Assembly (NCBI RefSeq): GCF_006345805.1
Contig: NW_021835319.1
Span: 1 to 40,913, forward strand
DNA from: Octopus sinensis
Taxonomy: Eukaryota
Reading direction: 5' to 3'
DNA length: 40,913 bases
Position 1 is the stretch's first letter, and every line of letters begins with the position of its first letter. Both the position numbers and the translations under genes were made by a program. The notes under the pieces were generated by a model, which had not been told where the DNA came from, searched no databases, and saw only the letters and a list, made by a program, of their open reading frames with translations. Below are positions 10,416 through 23,091 of this stretch, piece after piece.

Positions 10416-11454
10416 TGGATGTACAGTTAATAAAAGAACATATATCAGAAAGAAGAACACTCTAAAGAATGGAACAGTAATTATTACAATAAAAATTTTA
10501 TATCTTGGACATAGAGTTACCGAAGGTTTCGCATTCGCAAAGACAAGCCTTGTGGACAGCTCGCCAGACCTATTATATAAATACAAAATTTAAAATATCT
10601 CCGTCGCAGACGTGAAGAAATTACAGTGCGGGCCTGGTCACTCTATCTGTATCTATAGTTTGTTCGTTAACCGTGGCGGTGGTACCGGGGTCTTTGGTGA
10701 CGCTCTCCATGATGCTGGTCCCGGACTGGTTATTATCTTTGGACGTGGAAATTGTATTGGCGTGAAAACCGGTTAATCTGCTAATAGCTGATAACCTTTA
10801 CACATGTAGCCTGATTGCTCTGGTTTATCTTCATCTCCGCAAGTGTGCGGGCGGATACAATTTCCAGGCATGCACCATGTATCCATCACTATTCATCACC
10901 ATAGGCCTTTATAAAATACAAAACGGACGAAGAAAGGAAATGGTAGTGGGACGTCTGTGCATCACAAGAGTTAAGTGACAAATGGTCGTAGAGCACTCTT
11001 GCCACTCTCTCGGTCACTATGGTAGGTTCCACTGACAAACATTGCAAGATGACTGGTACTCTTTGGACCGCAAGTTTTACGTCAGAGTATCATTCTCCTG
11101 GAAGAGCTGCCTTCCCCAGAGCTTTGTAAAAAATAACCGGAGCCTCCGCTATACTTGGGTAACCTACTTAATTCACAAATGAGACCTGACAGGTACTGCC
11201 GTTTCGGGTGACAACCGACCTGGGTGTAATGGTAATTAAGGGTTGACTCTACGCTCCCCACAACTCCGGAAATCCCCAAAATGGAGTTTCACCACCGGAT
11301 GCAATTTTATTTATACCTAGGGGACGCACATACACACACGCCTTAATGTACCTAAAACGTTTTACGCTCGGACATAAAAAATGCATTTTTTCTTTCACAT
11401 GTATTTTGTTCGTGTGAATTTCCTAGGAGTTAATATACTTATTTATACGTTTAG

Positions 11455-11600
11455 TGAAAACACGTGGCCTAGTGGTTAAGAGTGTTGACTTCACGATTAT
11501 AAGGTCTTTGGTTCAACTTCTGAACCAGGTAGCACAGTACGTCTTTGAGTAAAGTTCTTCGTTTCCCGTTGCATTTTCCTACCTAGCTGAAAATGATTAC
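11455..11600 (+). mobile_element. Old, degenerate tRNA-derived SINE (family C-like)
   Basis: TGGCCTAGTGGTTAAGAGTG (A-box), GGTTCAACTTC (B-box-like), followed by weak similarity to the 34108 copy. Confidence 0.45.
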
Positions 11601-11622
11601 CAACTGACTAACGGTTTTGCCC

Positions 11623-11678
<56 letters not shown>

Positions 11679-12435
11679 AGTTTTCACATCCTCAATGTTC
11701 CGCTAGATCAAGAGTAAAGGAGCTGATAGAGAGTCTAAGGCTACCCGCATCTTCAGAGGCGTTTGAAACGATTAAAGAAAACGTGGTATATATTAGCAGC
11801 TCACATTCTCTCGCGAGTGACGGTTATACCTTTCAGCTTTAAGTTCTTTCCACGGACACAAATGTTATTACGCAAAGCGTAACGTTATAAACTATAGAGT
11901 CCTGTTATGAGAAGCATATACATCAGATACAACTTGGTGCAAATGTCTTACGCTCTGACCGGATGGTTAAGAAGATCGCTTCACAGTCACATTCTCCGGG
12001 GTTCGATCTCACTGTATGGTATTTTGGGGAAAAAAAGTCATTTTAATATAGTTTCGTTTTAACCCATATTTTGAGAGTGAAATTGAGTAGAAGGAAAGTG
12101 TAAAGAAGATCATCCAGAAAAGGCAGCCTTGTCACATACCGATTCTGATTCTACCATTCTGATTCTATCTTACAATTACAATAAAAGTACATCGTACGTG
12201 TCTTTGCGATTCCAGACTTGTTGCCCGTTAATTCAGGGGCGGGTAATTCAGATGACCACACAAGTTTCCTTGCGTCCAAAGAGTGAAATCTACTCGACTA
12301 GATTAATTATTGGGGATCTATTGACTAAGGGTATGCACTTTAATTGTAATTAGTTAAGATGTACGGAAATAAATGATTAGGTCATGTAGGTTTTTATATT
12401 AGAGACAGAGAGAGGACGAAAGAGAGATAGAGATG

Positions 12436-12495
<60 letters not shown>

Positions 12496-13587
12496 ATCGT
12501 TCCGTAATCTCAGCAAAAACTTATTTTGTTCCATCAAGTTTGAAATCTGATCCTACGGCTGTTCGGCTCGCATAGCCATATGGTACTATATAAGTGTGTT
12601 ACGTAATGTCATATGTGTACATACACACACACACACACATATATATACACATACGTACATACACACATGTATATATATATATATATATATACATACGTAC
12701 ATACACACATGTATGTATAAATAAATGCTCACGTTCAGATGTATGTGTGCGTGCGTGTGTGTCTTTGTGTGTGTGTGTGTGCTATAGTATAGGTGCATGG
12801 TTTGCGCATAGGTATCTATTATGAACATAGAAACATATGTATGCTTAGGTATGTGTGAAAGTATTGCTAATCCCAAATTCCCATTAACATTACACCGCCA
12901 CCACCACCACCACCACCACCGCCGCCACCGCCGTTGCTACCATCGGTACCACCACCACCACCACCATCACCACCATACTTGCTATCAGTACCATCCATCC
13001 ATCCATCCTTAAGAAATGATGCCAGTCGGCCGATGAGGTTTCGTATTTCAACAAGAGGTGCTGCTGGAGAAATACAGATAGGGATATAAATAGTGAATAT
13101 GTATGGAGATGGGGGTGGGGGTGGGGTGGGGGAAGAAGTGAGAATAAAAGAGAGAGAGAGAGAGCGAGAGAGGAGAGGGAGGGAGAAGAAGGAGATGGAG
13201 GGAGAAATGAAAGAAGGGGGGTATGTAAGGTGGTGTTGGTGTTGGTGTTGGTGTGTCAGCTATTTTTGGTTCTAGCAAGGTAAACCAAAGGCATGTACAC
13301 ATAGCACCTTCACAAACACGTGTGCATGTGTGTGTGCGTGTGCGTGCGTGCATGTGCTTGCGTGCGTGCGTGCGTGCGTGCGTGTGTGTGTGTGTGTGAT
13401 TGTATGTATTCACGCACTTATACATGCACGCGTGTATTACAAACATACGCAGATTGAGATTTCACATACAGAGGCACCCGCTGACACATACACATACACA
13501 CGCGCAAACACGCACATGCATCACACACGCACACACACACACCAATGTTTGCCTATTTTTCAAAAGTACTTGCACAAACAAAAGTGC

Positions 13588-13624
<37 letters not shown>

Positions 13625-14544
13625 AGCGTGCACCTGTGTGTGTGTGTATAAACACAAACACATACTTATGCAAAAATGCATGCTCACAGACATACATATA
13701 CACTACATACATACACACACATAATACTTACATGCGCATATTTATATATATATTCCCACACACATACATACATGTTGTCCCCACTCCCACACCTGCTCAA
13801 AACTGAGGCACACACATACGCATATACTCACACACACACACACATACCTATACAGACATACTCACACATGTATATGCATACACATACACACGCACACGCT
13901 CCCCAACACCGCCATACTGCAGTCCTTTCGTCCCATTTGTTGACAGCGTTTCTTGACATTTCTTGAAGTTTCTTTGTACTTCTTGGAGTCGTAGAAAACT
14001 ACAACCAGGAATAGCGAAGATGGTGGTGGTGGTGATGAAAGCAACGCTGCCGCCGTTGGTGTTGATGACAATGACGATGATGATGATGATGATGACGACG
14101 ACGACGACAATAGTGATGATAAATATATCAATAACAACAAAAATAATAATCTATTCTTTCATCGAGCTCTTTTCGTAGACTTTGCTTTCTCGATATAACT
14201 GACGAATATTTCCACACATAGCCCCCCGCTTCTCTCTCTCTCCAATCCTGATATCTCAAAACATCTTGGTACAAAGAATGTTAATTCCCCAAGGAGTAAT
14301 TGCCCGAAACTTTTCATCTCCATTTTGTTTACAATACTCTGTGTTTTCATTTCATAAGCCATGGCGGATATATAAAAAAAAACCCTGACTTTGAACAATA
14401 AACATTTGTTTTTTTTTGGTAGTGCTGCTAATCAAATGAATAGACATGTTTATACGTGCCTACTTTTACATGCGTTCATTTCACCGAAACAATTATTTCC
14501 AAACTGAAAATAAAAAATAGATAAATTTTATTTTCAATATAAAG

Positions 14545-14870
14545 GCACTGGCGGGGTAAGAGGCTTCCTTTCGTCTGTCTACGTTCTGAGTTCAAAATTC
14601 CACCGAGGTCGACTTTACCTTTCATCCTTTCGGGGTTGATGTAATCGATTTAATCCCTTTGTCTGTCCTTGTTTTTTCCCTCTATGTTTAGTATCTTGTG
14701 GGCAATAAAGAAGTAAGAGGCTTGCTTTCCAACCACATGGGGACGGGTTCACTCCCACTGCGTGACACCTTGGGTAAGTGTCTTCTATTATAGTCTCAAG
14801 TAGACTACGTCCTTGTGAGTAGATTTGGTATATGGAAACTCAAATAAACTTGTTGTATACTCACTCACAC
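14545..14870 (+). mobile_element. SINE family B head interrupted by a single family-A module
   Basis: A family-A body plus tail-2 (14573-14712) is flanked by GTAAGAGGCTT(C/G)CTTTC at 14556-14572 and 14713-14729; the family-B sequence resumes after the second copy. Confidence 0.8.
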
Positions 14871-15825
14871 ACACACACGCACGAAATTTGATAAATGACA
14901 TGAGAATAAGAAATTAAGTAATGAACTTCATCAGCTTACAGGTGTTTCTGCTATAAGCTGCAATGCACTCATGTATATATTTTCCTGGGAAAACAAAACA
15001 TCAGAATGCAGGATTTGGCACGAATCCTGCTTCTGCTCAGTTCAAAGATTATATATATATATATATATATATAATTAGTGTACATTTAAACACAAAAGAG
15101 GCAACCTTAACAGAATACCTTACATGATAGAAGGAACTGTCTAATTAAAAGTTCGAAACCTAGATCAGGAGAAAAATATGGTAAATAATTACATTGTAAA
15201 TTCTACACCGCTGAAAACATACCAAGACGCTAAGATAAGAAATTTTGAAAATTAAAGAGGTGTCTATTTACTTCTTGCCTGTTTATACGTGCGATCGATA
15301 TATATATATATACATATACACGGCACGGTTGTATAAACGTGACAACTATTTAAAAGGGATGGTTAAATAAATCAATGGACATTCCCGGTTTCTTAATTTC
15401 CTTTAATAAGAAGCAGGTGAATTTCCAACCGAAGACTCTCAATCTTCAATCTGTTAATTAATATAATTAGATAATTTTAAATTTCGGTGGTGAAACAGGC
15501 AATAATAGATTATGTACACGTTGTTATACTGTATTAATTACATACCTGCATACATACATATATTACATATATACACACTCACAATCATGTTTATGCACAT
15601 ATACATGTATATATTTAAATATATGATATATATGTATATATTTGTATAATTACATATACATGTGTATGTGTGTGTGTGTGTGTGTGTGTAAATATAATAA
15701 TATTAATAATATTCTTGAAGTATGATCAGTAAACAAGTGTCACCTTAGTCTGCTGGCTGTGGACAGCTGACACTTTCCATCATACCCAGCAAAATAAGAT
15801 GTGAATTTTCATCACATAATAATAA

Positions 15826-16045
15826 TCCTTTCTACTAGAGGCATAAGGCCTGAAATTTTTTTTTTGTAGGGTGGAGGGGGGAGGATTTGTCGATTGAATC
15901 GACTCCCCAGTATTTCACTGGTACTTAAGTTATCGTCCTCGAAAGGACGAAAAACAAAGTCGTCTTCGGTGGAGTCTGAATTCAGAACGTAGCGACATGC
16001 GAAATACCGCTAAGCATTTCTTTCAACGTGCTAACGATTCTAGTC
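15826..16045 (-). mobile_element. SINE family A, monomer
   Basis: Tail-1 with (AAT)n, body, and head region AATACCGCTAAGCATTTC...GTGCTAACGATTCT. Confidence 0.85.
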
Positions 16046-16059
16046 GTCTCAGTTATAAG

Positions 16060-16425
16060 TTACAATTACAATATTCTTAACTGGTCTCTAAATGAACTAA
16101 TCAAACCAGACAGGAAAACAAGAAAAATAATGACAGAATTTAGGGTGCACCACCTAAAATCCGACATAGAAAGGTTATATATACAACGTATTGAAGGTGG
16201 TAGAGGCCTTAAAGGCTGGAAAACTATTATAAAATAACCACCATAGGATTACAGAAATACTTACATAGGATTACAGAAATACTTACTTCAGAAGCAAGGA
16301 AAACTGATACAAATAGCTACAAAACAGATATAGAAATCAACGCTAACAGACCGGACATAGTTGTCAGAGATCACCAAGAAAAAAGATGCCTTCTAATCGA
16401 TGTATCAATACCAACGATTGTTTCA
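16060..16425 (+). mobile_element. R4/Dong-like (RLE-class) non-LTR retrotransposon fragment, internally deleted
   Basis: NWSLNELIKPDRKTRKIMTEFRVHHLKSDIERLYIQRIEGGRGL is the post-RT motif (D.KTRK.M..H..H.K.D..RLY..R..GGRGL). It is followed by TDIEINANRPDIVVRDHQEKRCLLIDVSIP, the PD-(D/E)xK restriction-like endonuclease motif. Confidence 0.85.
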
Positions 16426-16573
16426 ACTGATATTAATTTATTATTAATAATGGTATTAATAGAGTGCAGCTTAAGCGTGCGTGTGGGTGCACGTAGTCCA
16501 GTGGTTAATGTGTTGCATTCACAATTCACAGACCGAGCGATGCATTGTGTTCTTGAACAAAACACACACATTC

Positions 16574-16700
<127 letters not shown>

Positions 16701-17065
16701 TATGTGTGTGTGTATATACACAAATACATACACACATATATTATATATCAACAATATTAAAGATAAGGATTACCCCGAAGTAGCTAAGGCATTACTTTTA
16801 ATTCTATAATTATATACTGCCTTTTAAGACCAACACATATGCTTCAGTTGCACCGATTAGTAACCATTGCAATTGCAACCCTACTATAAGACGGTGCAGT
16901 CTCTTCAGGGTCTTAACTTGATGTCCCTCGGGATGGCCGTTTAAGGATTTTCTTTTATAAACTCTGCGTTGTATAATGTAGAGTCGTTCGTTAAGTCAGA
17001 CGCGCGAACGATCTCTCTTTCAAGTTCTTACTGGATAATAATTTTCACTCCATCATTTCAAAACC

Positions 17066-17443
17066 TTACTCTTTTACTCTTTTTTACTTGTTTTAGTCAT
17101 TTGACTGCGGCCATGCTGGAGCACCGCCTTTAGTCGAGCAAATCGACCCCAGGACTTATTCTATCGGTCTCTTTTGCCGAACCGCTAAGTGACGGGGACG
17201 TAAACACACCAGCGTCGGTTGTCAAGCAATGCTAGGGGGACAAACACACACACACAAACATATATATATACATATATACGACGGTCTTCTTTCAGTTTCC
17301 GTCTACCAAATCCACTCACAAGGCTTTGGTTGGCCCGAGGCTATAGTTGAAGACACTTGCCCAAGATGCCACGCAGTGGGACTGAACCCGGAACCATGTG
17401 GTTGGTAAGCAAGCTACTTACCACACAGCCACTCCTGCGCCTA
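17066..17443 (-). mobile_element. SINE family B, near full length
   Basis: Minus strand: GGCGCAGGAGTGGCTGTGTGGTAAG (A-box)...GGGTTCAGTCCC (B-box)...CTTGGGCAAGTGTCTT (CORE-like motif)...internal TA/TG repeat...AGTAAAAG tail. Confidence 0.93.
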
Positions 17444-17830
17444 TAGTTTAAATGATAATTACTCATTTATATTTGGCATCTCAGTGCTTGCTCCTCTCTA
17501 GAATTTATTATATTAACATTGGATGTGGATATCCTGTAAAATTCTTCTATACATGGGTCACATCTATTAGTTCCTGGTCGGTGTGGTTTTGCAGTACAAA
17601 TTAACTCCCCTTTAATCGTATAGTCCTTGTTACTGTCCTTGAAAGGTCAGATTAATTTGCTAAGACTCGTTTGGAACCTTTTATTTTCATTGAATAGATA
17701 TGATAAAACGATTCTCAAGATTATTTCTGCGCTTTTGCTTTCAAATATAGTTTTTCTTTGATGAGCTATGCGTCTTTTTCTAAATTCATGCAAATGACTT
17801 AAAAAAACTGATGCGCACCGTATAACACAC

Positions 17831-17884
<54 letters not shown>

Positions 17885-18564
17885 ACACATATATACAATA
17901 TGTCAAAGTAAGATCCAAAGATCAAGGTGTAGGAGGTTAGTAAGTTTCAAGCAAACCATAGAAGATATAAAGAGCAACTTTCAGGAAAAATAGTGGTTTA
18001 TTGACGTAGAAGGATGTAAATCTTTTTCCATATCGAAGTTCGATAAATTGAATAAGTTGTTTAATGGCTTACGGTTAGCAGCTGGGTTGCTGCGTATGAG
18101 AATTAAAATCCAAAATTAGGGAATGGAGGAGATGAAATGCAGGCTACATATGTTTCTTAGCCAACAGAACCTCGGAAGTGGTAATTATCTTAACGAGGGG
18201 TACTCGGCTATGTACTCGCGGCGTCAAAGCTAACTTAATCAAATTGAAGTTTATATTGTCGTTAAGGGATTGCATGTTGACTCGCAGGAAATTCGGTCGA
18301 AAATCGAATATACGTATGTATACACACACACACACACACACACACACCACACACACACACCACACACACACACATATAGGACAGTGTCTTTTGATGCCAG
18401 TCTGATGACATGTCACTCCACTGTAATCAAATGCAGCAAATATTGCGTTGAAATCATTATTGAGCAATGCTGTTAAAAGCAGAATTGTACAGAACATTTG
18501 TAACTAATAATAATGATATTTTAAGTTCATTCTTCATCTTATTTGGATTTGTGTTGTGTGTGTG

Positions 18565-18621
<57 letters not shown>

Positions 18622-18628
18622 CGCATTC

Positions 18629-18866
18629 TGTGTTAAATGGAAAAGTGGTGACGAGTGACTATTCTGCATATAATGACATGTTATAAGCGGTCACCGTGTA
18701 TTGACTAAAGAAAATAGTCTAATACTGGGGGCATATGAGCCCTCGACAGAAAATACACGGTGACCGCTTATAAACTTTAAGCTTATAACATATTATTATT
18801 TACAGAATTGTCACTCGTTACCGCTTCTCAATTCATCACAAAAAACGCACAAGCCCTCGACGGAAA
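18629..18866. repeat. Nested inverted repeat plus 15-bp direct repeat
   Basis: 18681-18702 and 18752-18773 form a perfect 22-bp inverted repeat. 18629-18688 and 18781-18840 match 49/60 ungapped as an inverted repeat. AGCCCTCGAC(A/G)GAAA occurs at 18738 and 18852. Confidence 0.9.
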
Positions 18867-18884
18867 CATGTGGGTTGGAAAAAA

Positions 18885-19982
18885 GTGGGAAATATCTCGA
18901 TTTTTAAAAGTTGTCAGATATTTCGTCTACAAGGTTTGTAAGGGGTTAGAGACTGAAGATGAAAACGTATCGCCTGTACCAAAGTATAAAAATCATTCTA
19001 AATGCCTTGAAATTATCAGAACACTTGAATTTATCCAGCAAGTTCAACAGACCATTGATTACAATCCCAGAAAGTCCATGAGGTCAATTGCGAAAGATCT
19101 CCATGCGTCAGAAAGAACAGTCAAAAATGTCGTCCGCAAAGACATCAGATATAAGTCTTATATGATGAAGAAAGGTCAGTTTGTCAGAAAAAGCAAAAGA
19201 AAATTACTACATCAGATTCAAGGATCAAGGTCTAGGAAGTTAGTAGAATCCAGCAGAAGATTTGATTTGGTTTTTTTCTCAATTGAGAAAAACTCCAACC
19301 AAGATCAAAAAGTTAACAGAAGAAATGAAAGATGGTTATGTGTAGACCCTTCTGAAGTTTCAAGTGTTATGCTTACAAAATTTCCTGCAACTCTCATGGT
19401 TTTAGGGGTTGTCAGCAATGAAGGACATGTGATGCCTCCTTACTTCTTTCCACAAGGCCTTTGAGTTAACTCTGCCACCTACATTAAGGACCTGGAAACA
19501 ATTGTTAAGCCCTGGATAGGCAGTGTATGCAATGGAAGGCCATATAGGTTTCAGTAAGACTCTGCACTATCACACATGGCTCTAGTAACACAGGAATGGA
19601 TGGCTGAGAATTTTCATGATCACATAACTCCTAACATTTGGCCTCCTAATTCCCCAGATCTCAATCCATTGGACTATTACATGTGGAGCGTTGTTGAGAT
19701 AGAGGTCAAGGAACATGTCTATAACACCAAAGATTCTTTGAAAGCTGCCATAGTCAGAGTAATGTCCAAAATGAACCAGGACCACTTAATTCGAGCATGT
19801 ATACGATTTAGATTTCATATAGAATCAGTTGTTAAAGTTGAAGGTGGCTTTATTGAATAACATTTTAGAAAAGAAGGTTTATTTCTATCCTCAGAGCATT
19901 TTTTGATAAAATTATTATCTGTTGTTATATACCTGTTCTTTTTTTTTAAATTAATCTGTCCTCAAATATCTTACGCACCCTG
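18885..19982 (+). mobile_element. Tc1/mariner DD37D (maT) transposon, 5'-truncated, inactivated transposase
   Basis: Frames give EISRFLKV...RKSMRSIAKDL (HTH)...FSIEKNS (first D lost)...MVLGVVSNEGHVMPPYFFPQGL*...FQ*DSALSH...WPPNSPDLNPLDYY. There are 37 residues between the second and third D. The right TIR ends ...TTACGCACCCTG at 19982 followed by TA; no left TIR is seen. Confidence 0.93.
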
Positions 19983-19984
19983 TA

Positions 19985-20066
19985 TATACTTACATACATG
20001 CATGCATGCATGCATGCATACATACATACATACATACATACATACATACATACATACATACATACA

Positions 20067-20097
<31 letters not shown>

Positions 20098-20140
20098 GTA
20101 TGTATGTGTGTATGTGTATATGTATGTATGTATACATATG

Positions 20141-20201
<61 letters not shown>

Positions 20202-20320
20202 TATATATATATACACATACATACCCACATAAATACATACATACATACATATATATGGATATATGTACACACACACACACATCTATTGCATATATGTGTG
20301 TATGCATATACACATACATT
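19985..20320. repeat. Compound (CATG)/(CATA)/(TA) microsatellite
   Basis: Direct reading. Confidence 0.95.
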
Positions 20321-20759
20321 GCTTGTCTGTTTATGTGTATTTTTAGCGGGCTTCTGTATAGTTTCCCTCGGTTGAATTTCCAATCCAACTGTTTTACTCA
20401 ATTGGAAGTCCTTCTCCACGTGGACTCAAATCCAGAACTGCGTGGTTGCGAAGCGAACAGCTTACCCACTTAACCAATGGGACACACACGCACACGCACA
20501 CGCATTGCATGCATGGCCGCTCATATATGGAGAATTACATCTACAGAGTCTAGTGTAACAACCATTCGCACACACACACACACACACATATACACACGCA
20601 CTCGCACGTACACACACAAATAGAGCACACGTGACTTTAAACGTGATCACCCCACGTGATTATCCAATGTGAACTTCTTGCCACACTTATCGCAGAGGAA
20701 TACTTCAGCGTGATGCCTACCTATCGACACGCTCGCGCAACCTCTCTCCATGTGCAAAT

Positions 20760-21400
<641 letters not shown>

Positions 21401-21657
21401 CCCTGTTAACTCGTGTATTATACGAGAAGCTTAATAGGGGAGAAAAGCAGGTAAGAGTTTGTGATGGTAGCGAAGGGGTTGTATATGATCGAGTGTAAGA
21501 AAATAAAGAAGATAAGGGGCTGGAATATATTACAGATTCTTAAGTACAAACACTAGGGGTGGGTTCTTTATATTGGAGATCGTAATATACTCGAAAACAG
21601 CATATCCACCGCCCCCCGCCGACGCCCACATGTGTTACACATATCTATTTATATCCA

Positions 21658-21721
<64 letters not shown>

Positions 21722-21886
21722 ACCCTCTATTTCTCTCTCTCTTTTTCCCACTCTCTCTCTATATGTATAAATTGAGAGAGAGAGAAGAGAGAGAGATACA
21801 TAGATACATATAAATACGCATATATGTATATAGTTGTATACATACATGCATGCATATATAATATATACATATGTATTGAGTGTATG

Positions 21887-21923
<37 letters not shown>

Positions 21924-22147
21924 TTACATGCATATATTTGTGAATAGATATTATACGTCTATGTATGTACACACACACACAAATATATTAATGTATACAC
22001 ACACATACATATATATATGAAGATATGTATAATGCAAAATATGTGTGTATGTGTATGAGTATAGTGAAGGAGATGTAATGATGATGATGATGATGATGAT
22101 AGTGACTCAATGATGCCTCAAGAAGCCAAGAAAATCTTCTAATTCCT

Positions 22148-22227
22148 ATTGGATGTAGATTGAGCTGGAACGTACGTAAAAGAAGGGCGGAAAAGGGCGG
22201 AAAAGGGCGGAAAAGGGCGAAGGGCGG
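22148..22227. promoter_or_regulatory. 10-bp tandem repeat AAAAGGGCGG (GC-box-like array) next to a reverse CCAAT
   Basis: GGGCGG at 22185, 22195, 22205 and 22222, GGGCGA at 22215, ATTGG at 22148. A regulatory role is inference only. Confidence 0.3.
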
Positions 22228-22706
22228 AAATCTCATAAATCTTTTACTCACAAAAAAAAAAAAAAAAAATTTGCTCGACCAAAACAGGCCAGGCACTTTA
22301 ATCATATCTTATGAAAGCACTTGGGATCGACTTATAACAATGTCTACTCGGACCCCCAACAAGACATTCCGCTGCATTTGCCATCGAGAATGATTTCCTC
22401 CTAACTATGTCTGAAATCCAAGCTGACCTTTCGAATCTAAGGAACCGAGATGCTTACGAAGAGGGCGAGACTGCAAAGTACTCTCCATTTCCATCCCGGA
22501 GACAACAATGTCTTCTCACACAACATCTATAAATTTTACCCTCATGTGCTCAAAGGTTAAGTTTTATCAATTAAAATTTATCAGTATTTCTTATTGCTTT
22601 TTTGTTGTTCTTGTTTTTGGTATGCAAGTTTCTTCATTCGAATTCGTGTGTTGAAGCATATCTCCTTGCATCTCGGGAAGATCACAAGGCCAGTAATAAC
22701 ATATCT

Positions 22707-23087
22707 TTTCTACTCTAGGCACGATGCCTGAAATTTTGGGTGAGGGGTGCCAATCGATTACGCAACTGGTACTTAATTTATCGACCCCGAAAGGATAAAA
22801 GGCAAAATCGACCTCGGTGGAATTTGAACTCAGAACGCAAAGACAGACGAAATACCCATTTCTTTACTATCCACAAGGGGCTAGACACAGAAGGGACAAA
22901 CAAAGACAGACAAACGGATTAAGTCGATTATATGGACCCCAGTGCGTAACTGGTACTTATTTAATCGACCAAAAGGATGAAAGGCAAAGTCGACCTCGGC
23001 GGAATTTGAACTCAGAATGTAAAGACAGACGAAATACCGCTAAGCATTTTCTCCCGGAGTGCTAACGTTTCTGCCAGCTCGCCGCCT
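22707..23087 (-). mobile_element. SINE family A dimer (head-body-tail2-body-tail1)
   Basis: Two bodies separated by tail-2 (ATTTCTTTACTATCCACAAGGGGC); complete head ending GCCAGCTCGCCGCCTT. Confidence 0.92.
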
Positions 23088-23091
23088 TTCA

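Noticed and set aside
9902-10593. Long MYVC/HTYI/YLSI/THTH-repeat ORFs here and throughout the window (e.g. 30578-31306, 20656-21279, 5043-5690)
   Set aside because: They are stop-free frames of (TATG)n, (CATA)n, (ATCT)n, (CA)n and (CT)n repeats, with no coding signal.
10830-10906. Resemblance of VMNSDGYMVHAWKLYPPAHL to the Cys-loop receptor motif (..DG.V.W.PPA..)
   Set aside because: The spacing is wrong, an in-frame stop follows, and there is no C-x13-C loop downstream.
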